Positions 11,192-23,505 of a stretch of DNA of 64,000 nt are shown piece after piece. Made by a program: the position numbers and the translations under genes. Source of the DNA: Azolla caroliniana (taxonomy: Eukaryota > Plantae > Polypodiophyta). Below the pieces are notes generated by a model. It searched no databases. It was not told the origin of the DNA and saw nothing but the letters and a program-made list of their open reading frames with translations. Every line of letters begins with the position of its first letter. Position 1 is the first letter of the stretch. Location: positions 17,112,001 to 17,176,000 of the forward strand of contig JBHGNT010000016.1 of the NCBI GenBank assembly GCA_043228905.1, in the 5' to 3' direction.

Positions 11192-14100
11192 ATGAGCTTC
11201 GATTTCGATACTGATAAGAGCGATGATCGGTCGAGCGATGAAGAGCGTTTGATGAGGACAGGGAAAGATCCTTCAGCTATGGAGAGAGAATTGAAGAGCC
11301 TGAGAGTTTCTTCCAAGGTGTCGATATCGATAGATGATAGACTTGGTGAAGAACCAATGGATAATTATAATGAAGATAAGGATAATGATGCGGGTGGTGA
11401 GGATGAAGATGATGAGGATACAACGAGAGATATGATGAAAGAAAGTGAGAAAAAAGGCACAGGTATGGAGGATGTGAAGGAGAGATCCGGAAAGCATCAT
11501 AAAGATGGGCACAAAAGGAGGGAAAATGACCGAAGTAAGGGGTCCAAGAGAAAGGAGAAAAATAAAGAGAAGCATTCTCATTCTGAGAGAGATAAAAAGA
11601 GGAAGAATGAAGACGGAAATGAGAAGAAGTCTCATGATAGATCTCACAAGAAATCAGAGAGGTCACAAAAAGGGGAAAACAGTGAAGGATACAGGAGGGA
11701 TTATGACCAAGGTGAAGGATATAGGAAGGACTATGACCACAATGATGGATACAGGAAGGATTATGACCACAATGAAGGATACAGGAAAGAATATGACCAG
11801 AGTGAAGGATACAGGAAGGATTATGAATACAGTGAAGGATATAGGAAGGATTTTGACAGCAATGAAGGATATAGGAAGGATTATGACAACAACGAAGGAT
11901 ATAAGAAGGATGTTGACAACAGTGAAGGATATAGAAAAGGGATGCGTTGGGGAAATGCGTTGGAAAGGCCTGAGAGAGAGCATTTTCGAAGCTCGCGATA
12001 TGAAGAAGAAGAAGAAGAGTATCGACGAGAAAAACACCACGATTCAAGCAAATCAGCTTATTACAGGAGCTCCAGTAAGCCAGAGAGGGAGAGGGATAGG
12101 GATAGGGAGAGCAAAAGGTTGAAGCATGAAGGGGAGCATAGAACTGCAAATAAACGGGGGTTGAGGTCACCCTCTCCCTCACCTTCTCACAGAGAGAAAG
12201 AAGAAAAGGATCGGGGAAGTCGGGAAAGAGGCGAGAAAGAAGGATCAGGTAGGTATAACAAACGGTCGGGGCTAGGTGGATATTCTCCGAGGAGGCGTAG
12301 GTCGGATGCAGCAATAAGGACTCCTTCACCGCCACCTCCAAGGTCTCCCGAAAGGAAGAAGCCTCGAGCATGGGATCTACCCCCAGCTGGAATGGACAGC
12401 GGTGTTGCGGCTGCCATGGCTGCTGCTCATCAAGCTGCCGCACAACAGGCTGCGGCATTTGCTTCGGTCTCTTCATTAGTCACGGTTATCCTCTTTCTCT
12501 CTCTCTCTCTCTCCCTGGTCACTGGCAGACATTTTATCAGATCTCACGTGGACATAATTTCTTCTGTCTCTATTGGAGGATGTTGACATGCCTTTCATTC
12601 TCACTATTTTTCTGTTAAAATTAAAGAATTTAGATTTTTTTTGTGAATCTTGCCTAAATATATTCTTTATGTTTTAGAATTAGTAAAGGTATTCTTCAGC
12701 TAGATTTTAAAAATACTCAGATGGATACTTGGTTTTTGTTATTGTTGATATTACTTTAAGTATGCTTGTTTTTTGAAAATTTCACTAACATGGTTTTTTG
12801 AAAATTACACTAACAGGATTATACTTAATGCACACTATTTATAATTTCTCACAAAAGTTTCCGAAATAATCGTGATAATCTTCAAATAGCTCCAGGTACT
12901 GCAGATCATCCTGATATTAATGCATCTCAATCTTGATTGACTTGCATTTATATCAAACAAAATTGATAGTCGTGCATATGTTTTTCTAAATCTACAGGTT
13001 TGTTTATTGCAGTATGTAATTATGTGCGTAATTTGCACTTGATTAGGAGCTACTTTTTTGACTTAAAGCTACAGATTCAATTACTGAAATAAACAGACAT
13101 ACTTTATTAATATCTAAACGCTTTCCTTTTCAGTCACAATAACTAGTTTTCGTTAATGCTTAACCTGCTTAATAACTAGTTTTCGTTAGTGCTTAACCTG
13201 CACATCTAGTTTCAATGATTAATTAGTTTTTAATAACACTTAATACTGTCTATATCTTTCAGGTGAACCCTGCATTGGCCACTGTAAGCCTTACCCAGGC
13301 TACTCGTAATCTGAGGCGGCTTTACATAGGAAATATACCTTCTACAGTTTCAGAAGGGGAACTCACAGAGTTCGTCAATGCTGCCATGCTCTCTGTAAAT
13401 GCAAACCATATTCCTGGAACAAAGCCGTGTATCAACTGCATGGTATAAACCATTTGTTAAGAGCTTTATCATTTGACAATGAATGTAGGGAAGTTTGTGA
13501 CTCTTTTGTTTCTTGATTCACAAGGTCAATGTTGAGAAAAGCTATGCTTTTGCTGAGTTTTTAACAGCAGAAGATGCAACAGCTGGGCTTGCATTTGATG
13601 GGATTACTTTGCATGGCACTACATTAAAAATCAGGCGCCCCAGGGATTACATTCCTCCACCAGTGAGTTTTACTCTATCATCCAAAGTTGTTTGTGTTCA
13701 CAATTATTATTCTACTTCTTGGAATGTATATCTGTCAGGTTGCTCATCATTCCATTGTTACTAGAAGCCTGGAATTGCTGTTTTTGGCTATAGAAATGGT
13801 GATATCATTAACCTGCTATTTCAGAATAGTTAAAAAAAGAACTTTATATTGTGCAGAAGAGATTAAACACAGTTATAGATTTGATTGAAAAAGTTCAGAT
13901 TGATTCTCTTGATTTTCCTATATCTGCTACCGGATATGATGCCCTAAAAGCATAGGGTTATATGTGTATCATGTAAACCCAACAATGCAACATTTTCTTT
14001 TTTGCCGATAATCTCATGCTATGTTAATCTGCGTGCTCCTGTCTGGGGGACCAGTGCGAGAGAATATTTTAACCGTTATGAATTTTAATTTATAAAAAGC

Positions 14101-17100
14101 TAAAAAAACACGTTTTTATATTTTTGTTCTTTGAAGCAGCCGATTTGAAGATCATTCCCTGTTTTCAGACACATCTATATGTGTATATACATACACGGAT
14201 TTCCACAATGCCTGACAAAAACAATGGTCCACAGCCCCCCTGCAAGAAATCCCAATAAAATGCACAGGCTATTGTTTACTAAATTGTATAGTCGGAACCT
14301 TATTTAATATGAAGAAAGATGCTTTGGAATACAAAAGTAAACCTATTGCAGTGCACAGTTTCCGTTACTTCTTATATGTCCAAATTGTATGGCTCCTTCT
14401 GGAACTTAGTTGAAAACGATGCCTTATATTTCTATCTAGACCAATCCTAACATAGATGTCTATGAACATTCTAAATTTGAACTTTGGTGCTGCAAAAGAA
14501 TGGGTTTTGAAGAGATCACACATAATTATTGTATATAAATATTGCTGCTTGTCTCTGTTTCTAGTATAATTCTAAGGTAAAAAATAAATGTAACAGGATA
14601 ATAGATTCAAAGAATCACTGTTGTGGTGCAGAATGGGGGACTGGACTATACTTCGGTGGTTGACATGGTATCAAACGTGGTGCCGGATTCTCCCCAAAAG
14701 GTATTACCTTGTCTATTTTCACTGTCGAAAAGCTAAGATGCTTCGGTGTGTAAAAAATGTGTAGAGGATAGCATTAGGCCTGGTAACTTAAGTTATATCC
14801 TAACAATTAGAGCATTTGGTCAGTCTCATCTCGGCGATATTTTATTCAGAGGTTTTGCTAGTTTCAGTACTTTGTTTTGTTAGTTTCTGGGATTAAGAGT
14901 TTTCGCCAGTGGGATATTCCTTAAACCTCTTTTGTGTCCTTTGCATTTTTATGGTCATAGGACTCTAAGGAGCCCCAAGACTTCCATTTGACCCTGGGTT
15001 GATGTGACAGGTCTTGCATTGTAGTTAATTGATTGACCATTGACCATATTCGCTCCATATAGCTTCCCAAACCAATATGCTTCCCTCAAGGCATGTTTGG
15101 TATGAAACCTTTGTGCAGGTCTTGAGTTGTGTTTATCATGGAGGTGGAGGGAGGACAACATATAGAATAACTAGAATAATGCATAGTTCTGAGGATGAGT
15201 AACCATCTCAGTGGGATATAGATGAGCATGCACCGTCTGCTGGATATAACACTGTTTAATTGATTGAACTTAAGACCATATTCACTCTGTACAACTTCAG
15301 AAACCAATATTCTTCCTTCAACACTCAGATTCTATGAAACCTTTGCTCAGGTCTTGAATTGTATACCTTTGCTCAGGTTTTGAATTGGATTTATCATGGA
15401 AGATGGAGTGAGGACTGCTTAGAGGACAAGTAGTAGGAAGAATACAGAGAGGTCTAAGGATGAGAAGCCTCATCAGCTGGTGGATATATTACTGATTAAT
15501 CAAATGAACAAATTCATTCCATATAGCCCCTCAAAACCAGTTTTCTTCCTTCATGGCTTGGATGCTATGAAACCTTTGCTGAGGTCTTGAATTGTGTTTG
15601 TCATGGTGGCGGTAAACTGCTTAAAGGACAAGTAGTAGGAAGAATGCATAAAGGTCCGAGGATGAGAAGATGCCTCAACAGGATATAGATGAGCATAAAC
15701 TGACTGCTAGATTTAGGACTGGTTAATCAATTGACCATAGATTATATTCATTTCACAGAGTTTCCAAAGAAATATTCTTCCCTCAAAACTTCGATGGTAT
15801 GAGACCTTTCCCCAGTTCTTGAATTATGTTTATCATGGAGGTGGAGGGAGGACTGATTAAAGAACGAGTGGCAGGAAGAATGCATAGAGGTCTAAGGATA
15901 AGAAACCATCTCAGCGAAGGGCATTTCTGTCTTCAACCACATCAACGCTGCTAAATTTCTTTCACCATTTTCTAAATCTGTCTGCATTTAGATGGTGGCA
16001 AAGGCATTTCTCTCTCTTTCTCTGTCTGTTTGTTTTCAACTATTTTATCTCTACTCAAATTGCTTCCTCTATTCTGTCTCTTGAAACTTGAGTTTCTTTA
16101 TGTTACCCTAGTTGCAAACTTTGGATGTTGTGCATTCTCTTGATGACATTGGTCAACGGCATCTCAATTTTGAACATCTTACCCAAAGGTTATTATTTTA
16201 AAGGCACTATTTTGTTGTATTTCTCTAGTCCAGTATCAATGATACAATCATTTATGTATTTGGAAATGTAGTTTCTTACTTCTTTGGATTTTAATTAATA
16301 TTTATGCTTTGCTTATGTAATAAGAGGTGGCATAAATACAAACATCCAAAGAAACATGCATGCATGTATACATGCACATAATCATGTGTGCATCATAAAG
16401 ACAAAATCTCGGCGGTTTTTGTTATTTACCATGAACCTTCGAAGAAGAAATCTTGAAACTCATTTCAGTAAAACAGACAAAACTTTCTGGCATAGTCACA
16501 CCAGCAATACAGAGTGATATGAATATTTTATGATCAATGGATAAATAGAATTCATGATTGGGATGCAGAAACGTCAGTACCTTAAATTTAAAGTCTCATT
16601 GGGTTCTGTTATTTTGGTCCCTGCTTAGCACCTATGCTTGTAGTCGACAGCAACTGCATACTGTAGTTAGCCAGAAGCTGATTGTATGCGTCTTAATATT
16701 TATGAGTCTTATAGTATTAACAAATACATACTCCTGGATGTTAATACTAAACCTTTTGACATTTTTTACAGATATTTGTGGGAGCTATTTGTAAAACACT
16801 TTGTCCTGAGAAGGTAATGACCAAAACCTAGCCTTTTCAAATTTTAATCTGCCTTAAACTTTTGGTTTTAGCACTGTACAGCTATTGACATGACCAATTG
16901 CCCATTCTTCAGGTCAAGGAGATTGTCACTGCCTTTGGACAATTAAAAGCTTATCATTGGGAAGTTATTGTAGAGAATGATAAAAAAGAAGCTTGTGCGT
17001 TTCTAGAGGTTTGAATATTCTGAAGTTTATGCATGTCTTCATTTGAAAGTTCCATAGAGAATAATCACAGAGAAGCTTTTGCATTTGGAGAGATTTCAGC

Positions 17101-18776
17101 AATCTTTCTTAAAGTAGTAAAAGACTGTAATATCATCAATGTTGCATATTGTATTCTTGCAGTATCTTGATCCTTCCATCACCGTAAAAGCATGTGCTGG
17201 ACTTAATGGGATGCGATTGGGAAATAAGATCCTCACTGTTGTTCAGGCAACCCCAAATGCGAGTTCTGAACCTGTAAGTTATCTAATTCAACTGTTGTCT
17301 TTACCAAGCATCGACCACAGATTTTGAGGTGATCACTGTGGATAATGACATAGGCACTTGTTACTAAATATGGAATATCTTCACTGATCAATGCTCACTG
17401 TTAACCATGAACTGATGGAGATTGTCAAAGATTTTGCGTAGGAACTTTGATCTGCTTCTATCTTCTGCTCTCAAGGTCTGTGATATTTTTTCTATTTCTC
17501 AATGGCAGGATGTGAAAGAAACTCCATTTTATGGGATTCCAGAACATGCAAGACCACTGTTACAAGCTCCAACACGGATTCTGGAACTCCAAAATGTGGT
17601 ATATATCATCTTCTCTACGTTGAATACTTCAAAAAATAATTTCATTTTGCATTAGTATATTTCCGCTGATATGGATGCTGGATGCCTTTCTAAGATCTCT
17701 GAAGAAGAAGCTCTTACCTTGTCAGAGGCAGAGTTGCTGGAAATCGAGGAAGATGTTCGTTTGGAATGCAAAAGGTACTACTGTTCTTAGATTTATATTA
17801 CTTCTGTTCAAGTCTGTAAAAAGAGAATGCTCTTAAACAAGCTTCAAATTGTTCCCAAAGATTTGGAACAGTGAAATCAACGCATGTTGTGAAAAGAGAG
17901 ATGAAGACCGATCAAGGCACTATTTGTGATCAGGCAGGGAACACGATGATGCTTGAAGCTGGTGATGGAGATGTCTATATGACAGAAGATGAGAAAAAAT
18001 TTGCTGAGTACATTGCCAGTGTTGAAAGCCAATATCTTTCTGGAGTTTCAGGTAGTGGAGAAGCCAACAAAGCACATGTAGAATCAAGCCATACTAATGT
18101 GCATTCATCTACAACTGTTGCTGAGGAAACAACAATAGCAATATCTGCAGATTTGAATGTTAAGGAAGATTCGGAATGCTTAGGCAAAGTGGCAAGAGTT
18201 GGACTGTCAGATCTTAATTCTAATTTAGATACTAAATCAGGAGAAGGTGTAAGTGTTTCAGAATCCATAGATAAGGTGATGTCTGGTGATGTGAACGTTA
18301 TTACCGTTGAACCATCAAAGAGTACTGCAATGGTAGTGGAAGGTGACATGGAGGCATTCTCAACTATAGCAATGGAAAACAAAGATTTGGCGAACTTAAG
18401 CATCGAATCGGAAGAAACAAAAAACTTCAATGGTGAGAGCAAACCAAATGCGGATATCATTAATGTTGGGAAAGAAACTAGCAATCCAGAAAAAGGCTTG
18501 GAAATGGACGACGATAAAGCAAGCCTGTATACCGAAGAAGAGACTTTAGGTAGGGTGTATGTTGAATTTACTCGAGAAGAGACAGCTTGTGCAGCTGCAC
18601 ATGTTTTGCATGGACGAGTGTATGGAGAGAGGAAGGTGTTTGTGAGGTACTTTCCTGTGAAGTTATACCAGAAAAGGTATGGGAAAGGTCTAGAACCACG
18701 CACACATGAGGAAAAGCAAGCGCTTGCACTGGCGGCACAGGAGCACTTGAACACCTATCTTCCAGAGAGGGATTAA
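11192..18776 (+). CDS. U2AF65: U2AF large-subunit (U2AF65)-like splicing factor, ~1004 aa; exons 11192-12484, 13263-13442, 13525-13662, 14632-14700, 16772-16813, 16913-17008, 17163-17273, 17509-17598, 17695-17774, 17861-18776
   Basis: RS/RE-rich N-terminus and ULM-like RKKPRAWD. RRM1 TQATRNLRRLYIGN...YAFAEF...FDGI..HG..LKIRRP.DY; RRM2 DSPQKIFVG...FGQLKAY...AFLEY...CAGLNGMRLG; UHM PTRILELQNV...EDVRLECKRFG...GRVYVEF. All introns are GT-AG and frame-consistent. An in-frame upstream ATG at 11048 may lie in a 5'-UTR intron (GT 10979 to AG 11147). Likely the divergent plant paralogue rather than U2AF65A/B. Confidence 0.88.
11681..11940 (+). repeat. Coding 30-nt tandem repeat (~8.6 units; S/N-EGYRKDYD-xx)
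   Basis: Repeated agtgaaggatacaggaaggattatgac... units in exon 1. Confidence 0.92.
15020..15915. repeat. Diverged ~232-bp tandem repeat (4 copies) in intron 4 of the U2AF65-like gene
   Basis: The anchor ATGA(A/G)ACCTTT...TCTTGA recurs at 15102, 15334, 15567 and 15799. Confidence 0.8.
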
Positions 18777-20794
18777 TAGTCGTAGGTATTGCATTAATTA
18801 ATGTCCTCAAATGATTGTATTAGAAATATCAGAAGTTTGGAATTAAATTTAAATCCAAATACTAATGCTCTGCATTATTGTTGTCATTGCTCTTTAAAGG
18901 ATATGGAAAAGCTTCACATGTATCTGCTACATTCATATTCCTCCCTATCTGTTTAGCATTGAATTCCAATGACATATGGGGGTTTATATTGGAAGTTCGA
19001 CGATCACTTCGATATTATTTCAAAGGACCCTCCCCCAAATTAATGTTAAGCTGTAGGACAACTTGGTGCCCATTTGACATGAAGACAAGTTGGGGTCATT
19101 TTTTTGTTCATAATGATATTTCCATAGATGCAGAATTCTAACTTCAAATTAGGAATGAAATAATAGTGGTAATCTTTTTCCATGCGTGTGTTCCTAGTGC
19201 AACTCAAACTCTTGTTAAATTTATGTCTTTCCTACGGTAGCAAAATTCACTGGAAGAACGAAAGTAGCTAATTTGATTCCAAGAATTCTTGTAATTTGGT
19301 CTTTTAATTAGAAATCTAAGTGCCATTTGAAAACATGCATAGAAAGAAACATGGGTTAATTGGTCTGTCAAACCAGCTTTCCTTCTTGTAGGCCATTACT
19401 TACAAAAGCTTTAGCTTGTTCAAAAACTATGATATCTTATGATGTGGCACGTGAGGGTGACCACCAAGTAGGCTGCAGGCATTGAAAATACATCACGTTG
19501 ACTGATCACATGTTCTTTTAATTTCCACTCAACTTTCTCTTTATTCCCTGTAATACCCTTAGATTTCCCCTCTCCCCAAATGCCCCTACAGTTTGCCTTA
19601 CTGCCTACCCCCCAAAACATGTTCTTTCTTTCACAACACCATCCTGCATTTTTAATATTTCTCCAATTCCCCTAGAGCCTTCTGATTATTTTCCCAAACT
19701 TCGCTTAAGGCCCTCACTACACTCCTTGTTGGTTTAGTGCGTCGTTTGGCTCAAGTCTTCATTATTTCCCTAAAATGCCTCATGTTTACACAATGTGCTT
19801 TAAAGTCCTCTCTTACAATGCTCCTAAATTGTTGATGTTTCTCAAAGATGCCCCCAAATTTTCATTCTTTTCTGAAATGCTCCTCCGTCTTCACTATTCT
19901 CTCCAAATGGTCCTAAATTGCTGCAAGTTCTCATTATACCTTCAAATGCCCCAAACTTTTTTTTACCCAAAAGTTTGTGTGAGATCTCTTATCAACTTCC
20001 CTAAAAATTTAGTTCGTTCTTCAGTTAAATAAACATGTAAGTCGTCATACATAAATTCAATAAATAGATGAAGGTAGTCACGCTATTTTTTCTGTACACA
20101 TTAGAATTTAAAGGGGGGAGGGGGATGTGCACTAACTGAGTGGCATTTTAATCGAGGAGCTTTTAAAACAGGTATGCTTATTGCATATGGTCACTCCCAT
20201 TTGTTATCTAAGCATACTAATTCACATAAACGGAACTAATATCGATCATTGACGATGATGCTTAATCTTGTTAGTGTAATTCTAAGGTACTAAAGTGGAC
20301 ATCTTTACATTTACTTAAGAAGTAAAGTGACAAGCGTGCTTTATTTATCATGATTGTTGCATTGTGAGCAACATGTTGATTTGCAAGGTAGCGTGAATGG
20401 GTTCAACACAACTTGGGTTTTAATTTAAAGTGAGGTTTGCAACCTCGTCTTCATACCATATGTTAAAAGAATGACTTGAACGCCAATTTCAACTCACTGA
20501 ACCCTATTCTTGAACCAATATCATTTTGCAAGTCTTAAGTTTGTAAGAAGAAATGTATAACATAATTACATTCAAACACCTACAATAACAATTTAAAGTA
20601 ATCACTAATATTCTCCTATTGCAGAAGCAAATTAGGGTTTGATGATCTGTCACGCATGAGTGGTTTTTGTGGGCTTTATTGATGGGATTAGTAACAACTC
20701 AAAGGATTTGTCCGGATTACGTTGTGGATGGAAGTATATCTAGTCAAACACATAAACGGAGCTATTTCTCGTTAACAGTACACAACCTGTTTTG

Positions 20795-23505
20795 TCACTT
20801 TGAGTGGCGAAGGACGAGGAAAGTCGAAGAAGCTACTATGGCGAAAACCGAAGAGAAGACGAAAGTGCCACCGTGATTGATCCCGGACATGGATATGTCG
20901 ATCCATGCATCGAGCCATTCATAGATGGAGACATATACCTCCTTTCCCATCATGGTGTATAAGAGTCTTACGGGCGAGAGGATGATTTGGTATGTAGATG
21001 GTAGGAGATGAGTAATGCCCAAGTTGTCGAAGAATGCATCGAGGAACCATCGGCTGTGCACGGAAGCCACGACTCCGTCCACAATGATAGTGCCACCGCC
21101 CATTGTGAAAGGGTTGTAGAGGCCTTGCATCCTCTTGATGGAGATGTCTACATGTTAATACATGTACATTTTGAGTACTAACTAATGGAAAAACATATTA
21201 AAGTTGAGTAACACGCAAATTTAAACAATTTCGTACAAATTAGTTGTCATACTGTTTATATTGAATTATAAAGTCATTTAGGTGTTTTGAGGAATTAGGG
21301 TTCAGATTAATGCCTTTAGGAATTTAGAGTGAAGGTTTGGGTTTGAGATTTAGGGTTTTTTTCTAGGTATTTTGAGGGTTAGGGTTTGACATGATTGTGA
21401 AATTAGAGTTAAGGGGTAAAGTATTGGTGTTTTGGTTTTGGAGTACATAATGTAAGACCCCCCTTCCATGTGTAAATGTATGATGCGTTCTTTACCTTGT
21501 ACAATGCAAAGGACAACACCCATGTCATCAGCACGACCATGATGTTGGACAACGGCCCACAAAACATCGCCCACATTGACATCTTGTGCGCGCTTGTAGA
21601 CCACGGTGTCCAAAGGCAACTGCTTCGATGATGAGGAGCTAATATGATACATATCGGATTCATGTGATGGTGCACTACTACTAGACTTAGAGCTTGCTAG
21701 CAATGTAGGCACAAAATGCATGGGCGAGATGCGGAGGGCGAGATTGTTCCTGTTTTTGTTACCATTATCATTATCGGTACCTATCGGTGAGACAAATATT
21801 TCGAGGAAAACCGCCGTCGCATTCGCATCTTTATGCCCGAAGGCATAGATCTCTTCATAGGCGGTGCTCATCACACCTCCATGGCCGGCAGATGTCGGTC
21901 GCCACACCGCCACCTGACATAAACTCAGTTGTTTTTATGGATCATATAAATGATGAAGACCCAACATGATGATTCTACATATATGTGTTTGAGTGCGGTG
22001 GTTTTCGTAATTACCTCGTCGCCCAGACGAAGCTCCGACATGTGCTTCGGGTGTTGGCCGCGTGTGAGAACGACAGCATCTCCGGGGAAGCAGTTTCTTG
22101 TGCCTGAGACACATCCATTGAAAGCACCCATCATGGCATACACACCCATGACACCCACGATGCAAAATGGCGCCAGGCGCGGGCCCAACCCAGCGCAGTT
22201 CTCGGCCGCGAAGATACCGGTTACAATTCCTCGTATAACACCTGTAATTCATTCATGTAGGTCTCTTATCATGGTAAGACTCCTATCCGGCCCCAGGGAG
22301 CCCCTACACTTAGGGACCATTGAAAACCCACAAACCAAACCCAACCAAATCGAAAATTGTATTTCACCATGGGTACACATAGTTTCGAAATGCCGATATA
22401 ATTAACGAAGTTTGGGTTCTAGGCCCGATAATCTCTTAATACTTATAGACATGTTATAACGGGGATGCCGACGATGCCAGCATTGTGTTTTTATCGTGGT
22501 CTAGTTAGTTTCTTTAGACTGATTCATCGCCTACCTATTCAAATTATGAGCTAGACGTGAATCCATTAACACAGCATGATGATTTCGTACTAATTCCTTC
22601 TAATTTTACTCTCATACTAATGCCTTCTTATTTACTCTATATATTCTAGTTATGTGCAAGGTACCATCCTCGGCGCCTCCGGGACAGTCGAGACGGTGCG
22701 TGTGCGACCAAGAAGGAGCTCCTTTTATAGAAGAAAGTTGGTCGCCTTGGCTGCGACCTGATTGAATAGAGAGAGCTTCAATATCGTTACCAATGAGGTA
22801 CACGGCACAACCGATCTCTTGTGCGTCATTACTAGGGCACAATACCTGCATTACCCCAATGGAAGAGGCCAAAACCATGTTATGTGTGAGTGAGCCACTA
22901 AGATGAATTGAATTCAGACCCAAATCTTTTACTAAATCAATGAAAGACTAAGTTCTAATAAAATATTGTACCAAGGCTTTACGGCCATTGGCGATGGCCG
23001 AATCGACTTGCACCAAGAGTTCGCTACCAGGGTTTGAGTCCATGGAAGCATTGGTGCCTCCGGACACGTCTAGGCAGCCGCCCCCGACCGACAGCACCTG
23101 CAGCATCATGTATGTTGTTGTGCCTCTCTGCTCATCATTGATCGTAGTGTTTATGTTGAGCTGCCCCCGCGTGACAATGTGTTGGCAAGCGATGGCGATG
23201 TCCGAGGCTTGCACTACTGCCCAGAACAACACGGGGGTGCCGGCCGTGAGGAGCGATGTCGTGATCTGATTGCCCACAATCGCGATGAACGTGTTGGGGA
23301 CAAGGACAATGCTGGACGTGGACGTGGACGTGGACGAAGCCGGAGAAATGGGTGCACTAGTTGGCGCAAAGACACCATCGGGAATAGGGGTGGTTATGGT
23401 TGCATATAATGTGAGCTCAACAAGGGGTAGGGTTCCCATGGCCGGAAATACCAATGACATGGCCATCATTGTTTGGACCAACAATATGACCCCCAATAAG
23501 GCCAT
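20795..23505 (-). CDS. Secreted Hedgehog-type Hint/Hog domain protein, ~570 aa; exons (minus) 23505-22972, 22845-22665, 22241-22015, 21913-21496, 21147-20795
   Basis: Signal-peptide-like start MALLGVILLVQTMMAMSLVFPAMG. Hint block A N|CFPGDAVV...KHMSELRLGDEV (Cys codon 22090-22092, residue ~289); block B RISPMHFV; AQDVNVGDVL; C-terminal block GLYNPFTMGGGTIIVDGVVASVHS; SRR-like WFLD...LPSTYQIILSPVRLLY; hydrophobic tail. Four GT-AG introns in phases 0,1,0,1 give an open 1713-nt frame. Confidence 0.88.
21277..21420. repeat. Degenerate telomere-like (TTTAGGG-type) tract in the last intron of the Hog gene
   Basis: tttaggtg, ttagggtt, tttagga, tttagagt, tttgggttt, tttagggttt, gggttagggttt. Confidence 0.55.

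Noticed and set aside
11681-11940. Regularly spaced 30-nt repeats resembling a CRISPR array
   Set aside because: Contiguous in-frame coding repeats with no unique spacers; eukaryotic context and no cas genes.
11277-12476. 399-aa antisense ORF with repeating ILHC..NPS units
   Set aside because: Shadow of the purine-rich repetitive U2AF65-like exon 1; no independent coding signal.
17975-18754. 259-aa antisense ORF
   Set aside because: Lies opposite the last U2AF65-like exon, which carries the conserved UHM motifs.
19500-20050. C/T-rich semi-repetitive stretch between the convergent genes
   Set aside because: No definable unit, TIR or coding motif.
20795-22092. Possible true intein or true Hedgehog orthologue
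   Set aside because: No terminal His-Asn + Cys/Ser/Thr splice junction or endonuclease domain, and the N-domain shows no Hedge-domain motifs; called a Hog-domain protein instead.
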